From the NCBI GenBank assembly GCA_965658025.1, contig CBFHQL010000003.1, positions 39,149 through 103,148 on the forward strand: a stretch of DNA of 64,000 nucleotides. Direction: 5' to 3'. Source of the DNA: Flavobacteriaceae bacterium. GTDB taxonomy: Bacteria; Bacteroidota; Bacteroidia; Flavobacteriales; Flavobacteriaceae. This document shows, one piece after another, positions 9,228 through 19,172 of the stretch. A model generated the notes under the pieces. The model did no database searches and was not told the origin of the DNA. It was given only the letters and a program-made list of their open reading frames with translations. Position 1 is the first letter of the stretch; each line of letters opens with the position of its first letter. The position numbers were made by a program, and so were the translations under genes.

Positions 9228-10619
9228 TTACCCTATAATTAGCCCTGCAATAGTTGCTGAAAGTAAAGATGCAATGGTGCCGCCAATTAGTGCTTTCATT
9301 CCTAATTCTGAAAGTGTTTTTCTTTGTCCAGGCGCTAAAGATCCAATACCTCCAACTTGAATTCCAATAGATGCAAAATTGGCAAAACCACAAAGCATAT
9401 ATGTGGCCATAATGATGGATTTTTCGTATTTGAGATGAACCAATGCCAAAGGGTCTTTGAGGTCAGCAAGTTGAATATATCCTACAAATTCGCTTGCAGC
9501 GAGTTTTATCCCCAAAAGTTGTCCCATAAGTGCCATATCTTCTTTTGCAATTCCAATGAGCCACATCAATGGGGCAAAAGCGTAACCGAGAATAAATTCT
9601 AATGAAAATTCCTGATAGGGTGTATTGGATTGAACCCATTGATTTAATCCTCCAAAATCGCCAATCCATCCCAAAATTCCATTAATCATGGCGATGAATG
9701 CTAAAAACACCAAAAGCATGGCACCAATATTGAAAGCAAGTTTTAGACCTTCGGTGGTTCCATTTGCAATGGCGTCAAGAATATTTGATCCTACTTTTTC
9801 TTGAGAAACAACCACATCGTTGTTGATGGTTTCGGATTGTGGATATAAAATTTTTGAAATAACAATTGCACCCGGTGCAGCCATTACAGACGCCGTCAAA
9901 AGATGCTTGGCATAGTACTGACGAAGAACTTCATCCTCACCACCCAAAAATCCAATATATGCGGCCAAAACCCCGCCTGCAACAGTGGCCATGCCGCCAA
10001 TCATCACTAATAGTATTTCGGAACGGTTCATTTTTTCTAAATACGCTTTGATCATTAGTGGTGCTTCCGTCTGACCCAAAAATATATTTCCAGCTACACT
10101 TAAACTTTCTGCGCCAGAAACTTGTAATAGTTTTGTCAGTAGCCATGCGAATATTTTTACCACTTTTTGAATTATACCCAAATAAAATAGGACTGAAGTT
10201 AATGCAGAAAAGAAAATAATAGTTGGGAGAATCGAAACTGCAAAAGTATTTAGTGATGCCTCTATTTGTCCTGTAGAAAATGCTGCAAATAAAAACTCTG
10301 TTCCTTTTTGAGTAAAATCGAGAACTGCAAGAAAGATATTTCCGATTCCCTTAAATATTTTTTGAACGAATTCAACCTTCAAAACTGCTACAGCCAATAA
10401 CAGTTGAGCAGCCAGTCCAAACCCTACTGTTCTCCAATTGATAGCTTTTCTGTTTGTGCTTAATGCTATTGCAATTGCCAAGAGCACGACCATTCCCAGA
10501 ATTCCTCTCAACAAACTATCCAAGCTAAAACCTTGACTTTCAATTATTTGTGATGCATTTACTTGTGCAAAAAGTGAAGGGCTGTTGAGTACAAAAAGTA
10601 GTGCAATGGCTTTAGTCAT
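9228..10619 (-). CDS. Concentrative nucleoside transporter (NupC/CNT family)
   Basis: This is a polytopic membrane protein with CNT-like segments (GNIFLGQTEAPL, IGGMATVAGGVLAAY, CGFANFASIGIQ). It sits beside thyA and folA. Confidence 0.85.
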   Translation of the reverse strand: MTKAIALLFVLNSPSLFAQVNASQIIESQGFSLDSLLRGILGMVVLLAIAIALSTNRKAINWRTVGFGLAAQLLLAVAVLKVEFVQKIFKGIGNIFLAVLDFTQKGTEFLFAAFSTGQIEASLNTFAVSILPTIIFFSALTSVLFYLGIIQKVVKIFAWLLTKLLQVSGAESLSVAGNIFLGQTEAPLMIKAYLEKMNRSEILLVMIGGMATVAGGVLAAYIGFLGGEDEVLRQYYAKHLLTASVMAAPGAIVISKILYPQSETINNDVVVSQEKVGSNILDAIANGTTEGLKLAFNIGAMLLVFLAFIAMINGILGWIGDFGGLNQWVQSNTPYQEFSLEFILGYAFAPLMWLIGIAKEDMALMGQLLGIKLAASEFVGYIQLADLKDPLALVHLKYEKSIIMATYMLCGFANFASIGIQVGGIGSLAPGQRKTLSELGMKALIGGTIASLLSATIAGLIIG

Positions 10620-10631
10620 ATGTAATTGTGC

Positions 10632-11249
10632 TTATCGTTTTGAAATTTCATCTCTAATTTTTGCAGCAATTTCATAATTTTCATCAGAAACGGCTTTTTT
10701 CAGCAAATCCTCTAGTTCGGCTAAAGATAAGTTTTTATAATCGTTTTGTTCGTCTATGTCTTTTTCTGAATTATCGGTAGGAGCTTCTTCAAACACTAAA
10801 GCATCACCATTTTTTTCTAAATCCTCCTCAGGGTTAATTTTCAGAATGATCCCTGCTTTTTCTAGAATATTCTTGTAGGTGAAAATAGGTGCAGAAAAGC
10901 GTAAAGCAAGTGCAATTGCATCGCTTGTACGCGCATCAATAATTTCTTCTTTACCGTTGCTTTCACATATAAGTGAAGCATAAAACACCCCGTCTACAAG
11001 TTTATGGATAATGACTTGTTTGACTATAATATCAAACCGGTCAGAAAAATTTTTGAATAAGTCGTGGGTTAATGGTCTTGGTGGACGAATGTCTTTTTCA
11101 AGGGCAATAGCAATGGATTGTGCTTCAAATGCGCCAATCACAATAGGTAACTTTCGTTCACCATCTACTTCACTGAGAATCAGTGCATAAGCACCGCTTT
11201 GTGTTTGACTGTAAGAAATACCCTTTATGTTAAGACGAACTAAACTCAT
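10632..11249 (-). CDS. Bifunctional nuclease (BFN/DUF151) family protein with C-terminal UVR motif
   Basis: The BFN core is SGAYALILSEVDGERKLPIVIGAFEAQSIAIALE...RPLTHDL. The C-terminal UvrB/C-like helix is LLKKAVSDENYEIAAKIRDEI. Confidence 0.75.
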   Translation of the reverse strand: MSLVRLNIKGISYSQTQSGAYALILSEVDGERKLPIVIGAFEAQSIAIALEKDIRPPRPLTHDLFKNFSDRFDIIVKQVIIHKLVDGVFYASLICESNGKEEIIDARTSDAIALALRFSAPIFTYKNILEKAGIILKINPEEDLEKNGDALVFEEAPTDNSEKDIDEQNDYKNLSLAELEDLLKKAVSDENYEIAAKIRDEISKR

Positions 11250-11359
11250 TATTGTTCTAACAAATAACAGTTTTAATTCCTAAAATACCAAACTTAATCC
11301 TCTAAGTTTTAATAAATTGAATCAAAAAACCAATTGTAAAATATTGATTTTGAAACGTA

Positions 11360-12316
11360 CTAGTTATTTTGAGCTTTAAATGTTTTGAGTTTTTCAATCA
11401 ATTTTGGTACAACTTCAAAAGCATCGCCTACAATGCCATAATCTGCGGCTTTGAAAAATGGTGCTTCAGGATCGGTATTGATAACTACTTTGACTTTGGA
11501 TGAATTTATCCCTGCCAAATGTTGGATTGCTCCTGAAATTCCAATGGCAATGTATAAGTTACTGGCCACTGGTTTTCCTGTTTGACCAACGTGCTCGCTA
11601 TGCGGTCTCCAGCCCAAATCTGATACTGGTTTCGAACACGCCGTAGCTGCACCAAGGACGTCTGCCAATTCTTCTATCATACCCCAATGTTCAGGCCCTT
11701 TCAATCCTCGTCCAGCAGATACTACAGTTTCTGCATCTGCAATAGATACTTTGTTGGTGGCTTTGTCTACTTTTTCAACGCTAACATTAGATGAACTCAT
11801 TGTTGGTGAAAATGATTCAACGTCTACCGAAACTGATTGTTCAATAAGGCCAAAGGCATTGTTGGATAGCCCTATAACTTTCACTTCGGTTGTAATTTCT
11901 GTTTCGCAAAATGCTTTATTACTAAAAACACTTCTTTTTACAACAAATGGTTGAGTGCTTGTTGGAACTTCAACAACATTGGGCACATAACCTGCATTCA
12001 ATCCAACAGAGAGCATTGGAGCGAGGTAGCGACTATCTGCGCTACTGCTCAAAATCACCACATGAGCTTGTTCTTTTTGTGCGGCCTGAACAAGAACATC
12101 GGCATAAATTTTTGCATTGAATGGTTCAGAATGGGATACACTCAGAACTTTATCGACCCCATAAGTTCCTAGTTGAGTGCAGTCTTCAGTATTAAACACA
12201 ACGGCATTTAATTTTGTATTTAAGGCATTTGCAACAGCACGACCATAAGAGGCAACTTCTAATGCGGCTTTTTTAAATGCTCCATTTTCAGATTCTATAT
12301 ATACGAGTACGGACAT
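11360..12316 (-). CDS. etfA: Electron transfer flavoprotein alpha subunit
   Basis: The FAD-binding C-terminus contains SNLYIAIGISGAIQHLAG, and RGL and ATACSKP lie upstream. It is immediately downstream of etfB. Confidence 0.92.
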   Translation of the reverse strand: MSVLVYIESENGAFKKAALEVASYGRAVANALNTKLNAVVFNTEDCTQLGTYGVDKVLSVSHSEPFNAKIYADVLVQAAQKEQAHVVILSSSADSRYLAPMLSVGLNAGYVPNVVEVPTSTQPFVVKRSVFSNKAFCETEITTEVKVIGLSNNAFGLIEQSVSVDVESFSPTMSSSNVSVEKVDKATNKVSIADAETVVSAGRGLKGPEHWGMIEELADVLGAATACSKPVSDLGWRPHSEHVGQTGKPVASNLYIAIGISGAIQHLAGINSSKVKVVINTDPEAPFFKAADYGIVGDAFEVVPKLIEKLKTFKAQNN

Positions 12317-12327
12317 ATTTTTTTGTT

Positions 12328-13074
12328 TTAAATGACTTTTGCTTCGTTGTGCAAAAGATTAATAAGTTCATCAATATTTTCGGCATCTACCATTTTGATG
12401 GCGCCTTTTGGTGCTGGTTTTTCAAATTTTAGTGTTGTAGAGCTTGTTTGCTGACCAGATGGTTCAAGTACAGTCAAGGGTTTTTTCCTTGCCATCATGA
12501 TTCCGCGCATATTTGGGATTTTTAAATCGCTTTCTTCAACAAGTCCTTTTTGTCCTCCAATAACTAGTGGTAAAATGCTTGTAAGTGTTTCTTTTCCACC
12601 ATCAATTTCGCGAACAGCAGTTGCTTTTTCTCCATCAATTTCCAAAGCAATACAGTTATTGACAAAACTTGCGCCAAGTTCTGCAGCCATCATGCCTGGA
12701 ACCATTCCACCGTTATAATCTATAGACTCTCGCCCTGCAATGATTAAATCGTAATGACCTTCTTTGGCAACTTTTGAAAGTTCTTTGGCTACTGCATATC
12801 CATCGGTTGGCACTGTATTGACTCTAAATGCGGCATCGGCTCCAATGGCTAAGGCCTTTCTGAGAGTAGATTCTGTTTCAGGCCCACCAACATTAATGAC
12901 GTCTACAGATGCATTTTGTTTTTCTTTGAACCACATGGCTCTTGTTAAACCAAATTCGTCATTCGGATTGATTACAAATTGCACTCCATTGGTGTCAAAG
13001 GACGTATTGTCGTTTGTGAAATTTATTTTTGAAGTGGTGTCTGGGACATGACTGATACATACTAATATTTTCAT
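12328..13074 (-). CDS. etfB: Electron transfer flavoprotein beta subunit
   Basis: MKILVCISHVPDT, NPNDEFGLT, and the DLIIAGRESIDYNGG signature region are present. Confidence 0.92.
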   Translation of the reverse strand: MKILVCISHVPDTTSKINFTNDNTSFDTNGVQFVINPNDEFGLTRAMWFKEKQNASVDVINVGGPETESTLRKALAIGADAAFRVNTVPTDGYAVAKELSKVAKEGHYDLIIAGRESIDYNGGMVPGMMAAELGASFVNNCIALEIDGEKATAVREIDGGKETLTSILPLVIGGQKGLVEESDLKIPNMRGIMMARKKPLTVLEPSGQQTSSTTLKFEKPAPKGAIKMVDAENIDELINLLHNEAKVI

Positions 13075-13222
13075 TATTTGGGTGTTTTAGTGTTCCAATT
13101 AATTATTTGGACGAAGGTACAAAAAAAGTTCATATTTCCTATGCATGCATAGGAAATTTTAAACAAATGATGTAATTATTATTGCACATTATTCTTATTT
13201 TTGCCCCATCAAAAATTAATGA

Positions 13223-14200
13223 ATGAAAACAATTCAGTTTAGAGAGGCAATTTGTGAAGCCATGAGCGAGGAGATGCGCCGTGACGAAAGCATTTATTTG
13301 ATGGGTGAAGAAGTAGCCGAATATAATGGTGCGTATAAAGCATCCAAAGGTATGCTTGATGAATTTGGCGAAAAGCGTGTGATTGACACTCCTATTGCAG
13401 AGCTTGGTTTTGCAGGGATAGCAGTAGGTTCTACAATGACAGGCAACAGACCTATTGTGGAGTTCATGACCTTTAATTTTTCCTTAGTTGGGATTGATCA
13501 AATTATTAATAATGCTGCAAAAATTAGACAAATGTCTGGAGGTCAATTCAAATGCCCCATTGTTTTTAGAGGACCAACGGCCTCTGCAGGTCAGTTGGCA
13601 GCAACGCACTCACAAGCCTTTGAAAGTTGGTATGCCAATTGCCCAGGATTAAAAGTGATTGTCCCTTCAAATCCTTATGATGCTAAAGGGCTTTTAAAAG
13701 CCGCGATTCGTGATGACGACCCCGTAATTTTTATGGAGAGTGAGCAGATGTACGGCGACAAAGGCGAAGTTCCTGAAGGCGAATACATCTTGCCTATTGG
13801 TGTTGCGGAAATTAAGCGTACAGGATCAGATGTAACGGTTGTTTCATTTGGTAAAATTATAAAAGAAGCCTACAAAGCCGCTGAAGACTTGGAAAAAGAG
13901 GGAATTTCTTGTGAAGTCATCGATCTTAGAACAGTACGACCTTTAGATATCAATTCAATTTTGGAATCTGTCAAAAAAACGAATCGATTAGTTATTTTGG
14001 AAGAAGCTTGGCCATTTGGAAATGTTTCTACTGAAATCACTTATCAAGTACAACAAAAAGCTTTTGATTACCTTGATGCACCAATCATAAAAATCAATAC
14101 TGCCGATACTCCGGCTCCTTATTCTCCTGTTTTGCTGGAGGAATGGTTGCCAAACAGTGACGATGTGGTCAAAGCCGTCAAGAAAGTATTATATAAATAA
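13223..14200 (+). CDS. pdhB: Pyruvate/2-oxoacid dehydrogenase E1 component beta subunit
   Basis: The transketolase-like pyrimidine-binding and C-terminal domains are recognisable: DTPIAELGFAGIAVG, FMTFNF, and VPSNPYDAKGLLKAAIRDDDPVIF. Confidence 0.9.
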   Translation: MKTIQFREAICEAMSEEMRRDESIYLMGEEVAEYNGAYKASKGMLDEFGEKRVIDTPIAELGFAGIAVGSTMTGNRPIVEFMTFNFSLVGIDQIINNAAKIRQMSGGQFKCPIVFRGPTASAGQLAATHSQAFESWYANCPGLKVIVPSNPYDAKGLLKAAIRDDDPVIFMESEQMYGDKGEVPEGEYILPIGVAEIKRTGSDVTVVSFGKIIKEAYKAAEDLEKEGISCEVIDLRTVRPLDINSILESVKKTNRLVILEEAWPFGNVSTEITYQVQQKAFDYLDAPIIKINTADTPAPYSPVLLEEWLPNSDDVVKAVKKVLYK

Positions 14201-14294
14201 AACAAGGGGCCCTAAAATAAGTCAAAAAATAGGTTTTTCTATTCTTGTTCAATTCATTACATTTGTGGCCTTTAAAATCAATTAAAACTATATT

Positions 14295-16673
14295 ATGGAA
14301 TCATTAATGATTTACATGCCAATCGCGATGGCTGTTATAGGTTTACTTTACATGTGGGCCAAAAGAGTTTCTGTTATGAAACAAGATGCTGGAGATGGCA
14401 AAATGAAAGAAATCTCTGACCACATTTATATTGGTGCGTTAGCATTTCTTAAAGCAGAGTACAAATTACTTACATATTTTGTCATTGGTGCAAGTATAGC
14501 ACTAACAGGAGTGGCCTCTGTTGTTGAAACAACGAGTTACCTTATTATAGTGGCCTTTGTTATTGGAGCTGTTTTTTCTGCGGTAGCGGGAAATATTGGG
14601 ATGCGCATAGCCACTAAAACAAATGTGAGAACAACTCAAGCTGCGCGCACAAGTCTTCCTGAAGCTTTAAAAATTTCTTTTGGCGGAGGAACAGTAATGG
14701 GGCTTGGTGTTGCTGGATTGGCAGTTCTTGGGCTTTCATCATTCTTCATCCTATTTTTCCAAATATTTATGGATGGTACTTGGACCAATACTGTTGATAT
14801 GACTATTGTACTTGAAACCCTTGCAGGATTTTCTTTAGGTGCTGAATCTATTGCACTTTTTGCTCGTGTGGGTGGTGGTATTTATACCAAAGCTGCCGAT
14901 GTAGGTGCTGATCTAGTGGGGAAAGTAGAAGCTGGGATTCCAGAAGATGATCCTCGAAACCCTGCAACTATAGCAGATAATGTTGGGGACAATGTAGGTG
15001 ATGTTGCTGGAATGGGTGCCGATCTTTTTGGGTCTTATGTAGCAACAGTTTTGGCTGCTATGGTTTTAGGAAACTACATTATTAAAGATATGGGCGGAAG
15101 TATCTCGGATGCTTTTGGAGGTATTGGACCTATTTTATTGCCAATGGCCATTGCCGGTGCTGGAATCATTATTTCTATTTTAGGAACACTGCTTGTTAAA
15201 ATCAGTTCAAATGACGCCAAAGAAGCACAAGTACAAAAAGCACTTAACATTGGAAACTGGACCTCTATTATATTGGTCGGTGTTGTAAGTTTTGCTTTGG
15301 TCACTTGGATGCTTCCAGAAACAATGCAAATGGAATTCTATGGAGAAGGATTGAAAGATATTTCTTCTATGCGAGTTTTCTATGCTACTTTAGTAGGATT
15401 AGTTGTTGGTGGAGCAATTTCATCATTTACAGAATATTACACAGGACTAGGTAAAAAACCAATACTAAACATTGTACAACAATCTAGCACAGGAGCTGCA
15501 ACCAATATTATTGCAGGTCTTGCAACGGGAATGATTTCTACATTTTCTTCTGTATTATTATTTGCAATTGCCATTTGGGCTTCTTATGCTTTTGCTGGAT
15601 TTTATGGTGTGGCGATGGCAGCCTCTGCAATGATGGCCACAACAGCAATGCAATTGGCTATTGACGCCTTTGGACCTATTGCAGACAATGCAGGAGGTAT
15701 TGCCGAAATGAGCGAACAAGAACCAATTGTTCGTGAACGTACAGATATTTTAGATTCTGTAGGTAATACCACTGCGGCAACTGGAAAAGGTTTTGCTATT
15801 GCTTCTGCTGCACTTACAGCGCTCGCTTTATTTGCGGCCTATGTAACGTTTACAGAAATCGACGGAATTAATATATTTAAAGCACCAGTTCTTGCAATGC
15901 TTTTTGTAGGAGGAATGGTTCCTGTAGTATTTTCAGCATTGGCGATGAGCTCTGTTGGAAAAGCCGCTATGGAAATGGTCGAAGAGGTTAGACGCCAATT
16001 TAAAGAGATTCCAGGAATTATGGAAGGAACTGGTAAGCCAGAGTACGACAAATGTGTAGATATATCTACAAAGGCATCTTTAAGACAAATGTTATTGCCA
16101 GGATTATTGACTATTGGTTTCCCTATTTTGATTGTTCTTGTTGGGTTATTAATTTATCCAGACAACCACAAACTTGTAGCAGAAATGCTAGGAGGTTATA
16201 TGGCAGGAGTTACGGTTTCAGGTGTGCTATGGGCAATTTTCCAAAACAACGCTGGTGGAGCATGGGACAATGCCAAAAAATCTTTTGAGGCAGGTGTTGA
16301 AATCAATGGAGAAATGACCTACAAAGGCTCTGATGCTCACAAAGCAGCAGTTACTGGAGATACCGTTGGTGATCCATTCAAAGACACTTCTGGACCTTCA
16401 ATGAATATTTTGATCAAACTGACTTGTCTTATTGGGTTAGTTGTTGCACCAATTTTGGGGGGGCATTCTGAAGAAGCAACAGCTATGAATACTCAAGAAG
16501 TTGAGCTTAATGTTTCCATTGAGTCGGATGATTCTGAATACGCTACAGCAAGTATCACAAGTGTTACAACTGAAAATGGTGTTGAAACCATCGTAAAAAA
16601 ATCATATTACGGTACTGAGGATGAAGTTGAAAAACTTTTAGAAGAAAGAATTAAAGAAGTTACAAAAAAGTAA
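14295..16673 (+). CDS. hppA: Membrane-bound ion-translocating pyrophosphatase (K+-dependent type signature) with acidic C-terminal tail
   Basis: M-PPase motifs are GGGIYTKAADVGADLVGKVE, DNVGDNVGDVAGMGADLF and GDTVGDPFKDTSGPS. GNTTAATGKG has Ala at the A/K determinant position, which marks the K+-dependent subfamily. About 70 non-membrane residues follow the last TM helix. Confidence 0.93.
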   Translation: MESLMIYMPIAMAVIGLLYMWAKRVSVMKQDAGDGKMKEISDHIYIGALAFLKAEYKLLTYFVIGASIALTGVASVVETTSYLIIVAFVIGAVFSAVAGNIGMRIATKTNVRTTQAARTSLPEALKISFGGGTVMGLGVAGLAVLGLSSFFILFFQIFMDGTWTNTVDMTIVLETLAGFSLGAESIALFARVGGGIYTKAADVGADLVGKVEAGIPEDDPRNPATIADNVGDNVGDVAGMGADLFGSYVATVLAAMVLGNYIIKDMGGSISDAFGGIGPILLPMAIAGAGIIISILGTLLVKISSNDAKEAQVQKALNIGNWTSIILVGVVSFALVTWMLPETMQMEFYGEGLKDISSMRVFYATLVGLVVGGAISSFTEYYTGLGKKPILNIVQQSSTGAATNIIAGLATGMISTFSSVLLFAIAIWASYAFAGFYGVAMAASAMMATTAMQLAIDAFGPIADNAGGIAEMSEQEPIVRERTDILDSVGNTTAATGKGFAIASAALTALALFAAYVTFTEIDGINIFKAPVLAMLFVGGMVPVVFSALAMSSVGKAAMEMVEEVRRQFKEIPGIMEGTGKPEYDKCVDISTKASLRQMLLPGLLTIGFPILIVLVGLLIYPDNHKLVAEMLGGYMAGVTVSGVLWAIFQNNAGGAWDNAKKSFEAGVEINGEMTYKGSDAHKAAVTGDTVGDPFKDTSGPSMNILIKLTCLIGLVVAPILGGHSEEATAMNTQEVELNVSIESDDSEYATASITSVTTENGVETIVKKSYYGTEDEVEKLLEERIKEVTKK

Positions 16674-16690
16674 ATTTCTTTATCCGCTAT

Positions 16691-16727
16691 AAAAAAACCA
16701 CATTGAGCTATTCAATGTGGTTTTTTT
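16691..16727. terminator. Bidirectional intrinsic terminator between convergent hppA and deoxynucleoside kinase genes
   Basis: A 7-A run is followed by stem ccacattga (16698-16706), loop gctat, stem tcaatgtgg (16712-16720), and a 7-T run. Confidence 0.8.
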
Positions 16728-16749
16728 ATTTTGTGATGTATTTGTATTC

Positions 16750-17364
16750 TTAAAAAAGGCCGTTTATTTCAGCATCAATTTTATTGATAATTCCACCGAG
16801 ATCCTCTTTGTTTTCTACAAAATCTAAATCATCTACATCAATGATAAGCAATCGTCCTTTGTTGTAGCCATGAATCCAAGCTTCATAGCGTTCATTCAGT
16901 CGGCTGAGGTAATCGATACTTATTGAGTTTTCATAATCTCTACCGCGCTTATGGATTTGACTTACTAGATTCGGAATAGAACTACGCAAATAAATGAGCA
17001 AGTCTGGTGCTTCAACTAAGCTTTCCATCAAATTAAACAAAGAGCTGTAATTGTCAAAATCTCTATTGGTCATCAGTCCCATTGCGTGTAAGTTCGGCGC
17101 AAAAATATTCGCGTCTTCATAAATGGTTCGGTCTTGAATAATATCTTTACCGCTTTTACGGATTTGCAAAACTTGTCGAAATCTGCTGTTCAAAAAATAC
17201 ACTTGAAGATTAAAACTCCAACGCTCCATTTGATTGTAAAAATCATCCAAATAAGGATTGTCCACAACGTCTTCCAGCTGTGCTTCCCATTTGTAGTGTT
17301 TTGCTAATAATTGAGTTAATGTTGTTTTTCCAGCGCCAATATTTCCTGCAATTGCAATGTGCAT
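16750..17364 (-). CDS. Deoxynucleoside kinase
   Basis: The P-loop is IAGNIGAGKTTL. DRTIYED (the ERS/DRS-like motif) and the LID region RGRDYE are present, consistent with dCK/dGK-family kinases. Confidence 0.88.
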   Translation of the reverse strand: MHIAIAGNIGAGKTTLTQLLAKHYKWEAQLEDVVDNPYLDDFYNQMERWSFNLQVYFLNSRFRQVLQIRKSGKDIIQDRTIYEDANIFAPNLHAMGLMTNRDFDNYSSLFNLMESLVEAPDLLIYLRSSIPNLVSQIHKRGRDYENSISIDYLSRLNERYEAWIHGYNKGRLLIIDVDDLDFVENKEDLGGIINKIDAEINGLF

Positions 17365-17367
17365 AAT

Positions 17368-18150
17368 TTAATGTTTTATAAGTTGGTAGTGGTGAAGAAA
17401 TTCGCCGTCATAAATATACAAGGTTTGATTCATTACAAAAAACTGTTTAATTAAATTTTTTGGAATTTCTAAAATTTGAAATTCATCACTGTCAGCGTAT
17501 TTGTAATAAAGTTCATTGTTCTTTTGGAATAACAACACCTCATTTAAAACACTAAATCCATCAAAAGATTCATGTTTTATTTTTTGTACTAAACTCCCGG
17601 TGTAGTTGAACTGAAAAAAATAAGAAGGGGTAAGGGCATAAACATTATTGTAATCACTTTCTAATGCCAATACTTGTTCATTCAAAGGTAATGTAGCTAA
17701 TTTCGTACTGTTTGTTTCATAGTCAAACAATTCAAGCTGAAGCGTTAATGCATTGAACATCCAAAATGTGGTATCGCTACACAATGCAATGTTGTTGACC
17801 AAACGAACAGGACTAATCATATTAAAATTTAATTCAAACAATTCTGCAAGACGATTGTCTAACAATACAACTGAATTTTGAGCTTTGTGGAGCACTGCAA
17901 TTTTGAGGGTATTGAAAATTTGAACTTGATCAATTCCTCCAAATTGTAAATTGCTGTAGGACAGAATATTATCGCCTTTTTTTTTGTACAGTGCTTTGTT
18001 TTGAAGAAAGTATACGGCATCAAAACGGTCTACGCCTACAAATTGGGTCCAGTCTGCAGCAGTCTTTTTTATAAAATGGACTTTTAATGATTTTTGAGTA
18101 TATCCTAAAGACACACAAAAAAACAGCATCAATACACTTAATTTTTTCAT
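17368..18150 (-). CDS. Hypothetical secreted protein (no family recognised)
   Basis: There is an N-terminal signal peptide (MKKLSVLMLFFCVSLGYTQ). The gene ends 3 nt upstream of the kinase start, so it is probably co-transcribed. I recognise no motifs. Confidence 0.55.
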   Translation of the reverse strand: MKKLSVLMLFFCVSLGYTQKSLKVHFIKKTAADWTQFVGVDRFDAVYFLQNKALYKKKGDNILSYSNLQFGGIDQVQIFNTLKIAVLHKAQNSVVLLDNRLAELFELNFNMISPVRLVNNIALCSDTTFWMFNALTLQLELFDYETNSTKLATLPLNEQVLALESDYNNVYALTPSYFFQFNYTGSLVQKIKHESFDGFSVLNEVLLFQKNNELYYKYADSDEFQILEIPKNLIKQFFVMNQTLYIYDGEFLHHYQLIKH

Positions 18151-18252
18151 TATTGGAAATGTACAAAAAAATAAGATTAATTAGTGTTACATTTTATCAA
18201 TACAGTCGTCTTATAGTTTGTAAATGCATTTAATACTCAAATTAAATTTATC

Positions 18253-19101
18253 ATGAATACAATATTTAGACTTATTTTTCTTCTTATTTGCTCTACGGTC
18301 TCCTTATTTGCTCAAGATTTTCAAGGCGTAGCGACCTACAAAACGCAACGCAAGTTGGATGTGAAAATTGATAGTACACAAGTAGGAGGAAGCGAAATGC
18401 AAAAGCAGCTTATGGATATGCTGAAAAAACAATTTCAAAAAACATACATCTTAACTTTTGACAAAAACTCATCGTTGTATAAAGAAGACGAAGCTTTGGC
18501 TCCACCATCAACAGGGGGCGGTATGGTATTTATACAAGCATCAAACGGTTCGGATGTTTTGTTTAAGAATATCAAAACCCAATCGTTTATCAATCAAGTT
18601 GAAACTTTTGGGAAGCAATTTATTATCAAAGATAATTTAGAACCAATTGAATGGGAGTTACATAGTGACACTAAAAACATTGGTAATTACACTTGCTATA
18701 AGGCAACGTATACAAAGGAAGTCGAAGAAATGTCAATGACGACCTTTAGCAATAATGACGCTAAAAACAATGAAGATGAAGAGAACTCTGCCCCAATAAT
18801 GAAAACAATAACGGTAACAGCATGGTATACGCCTCAAATTCCCGTAAGTAATGGGCCAGATACTTACCAAGGATTACCAGGTTTAATTTTAGAAATTAGT
18901 GATGGCGACTTATCAATTTTATGCAGTAAAATCACTTTAAACCCCAAAAAAACCATAGATATAGAAGAACCCCATAAAGGGAAAGAAGTGACTCAACAAG
19001 AATACAATGATATTATGGAGAAAAAGATGGAAGAGATGAGCGAACAGTATAAGGGAAGAGGATCTGATAAAGAAAGAATTGAAATTCGTATTGGCGGTTA
19101 A
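18253..19101 (+). CDS. GLPGLI family protein (paralog 1)
   Basis: There is a signal peptide ending FAQDFQG and the eponymous motif GLPGLILE preceded by TAWYTPQIPV. Overall collinearity with the next ORF is strong. Confidence 0.85.
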   Translation: MNTIFRLIFLLICSTVSLFAQDFQGVATYKTQRKLDVKIDSTQVGGSEMQKQLMDMLKKQFQKTYILTFDKNSSLYKEDEALAPPSTGGGMVFIQASNGSDVLFKNIKTQSFINQVETFGKQFIIKDNLEPIEWELHSDTKNIGNYTCYKATYTKEVEEMSMTTFSNNDAKNNEDEENSAPIMKTITVTAWYTPQIPVSNGPDTYQGLPGLILEISDGDLSILCSKITLNPKKTIDIEEPHKGKEVTQQEYNDIMEKKMEEMSEQYKGRGSDKERIEIRIGG

Positions 19102-19172
19102 TTCCTTTTGTGAATAATTTAACGCCATCGTATTAAACAAAATGTAAATTTGTAAAACTTAAATTACCAATA

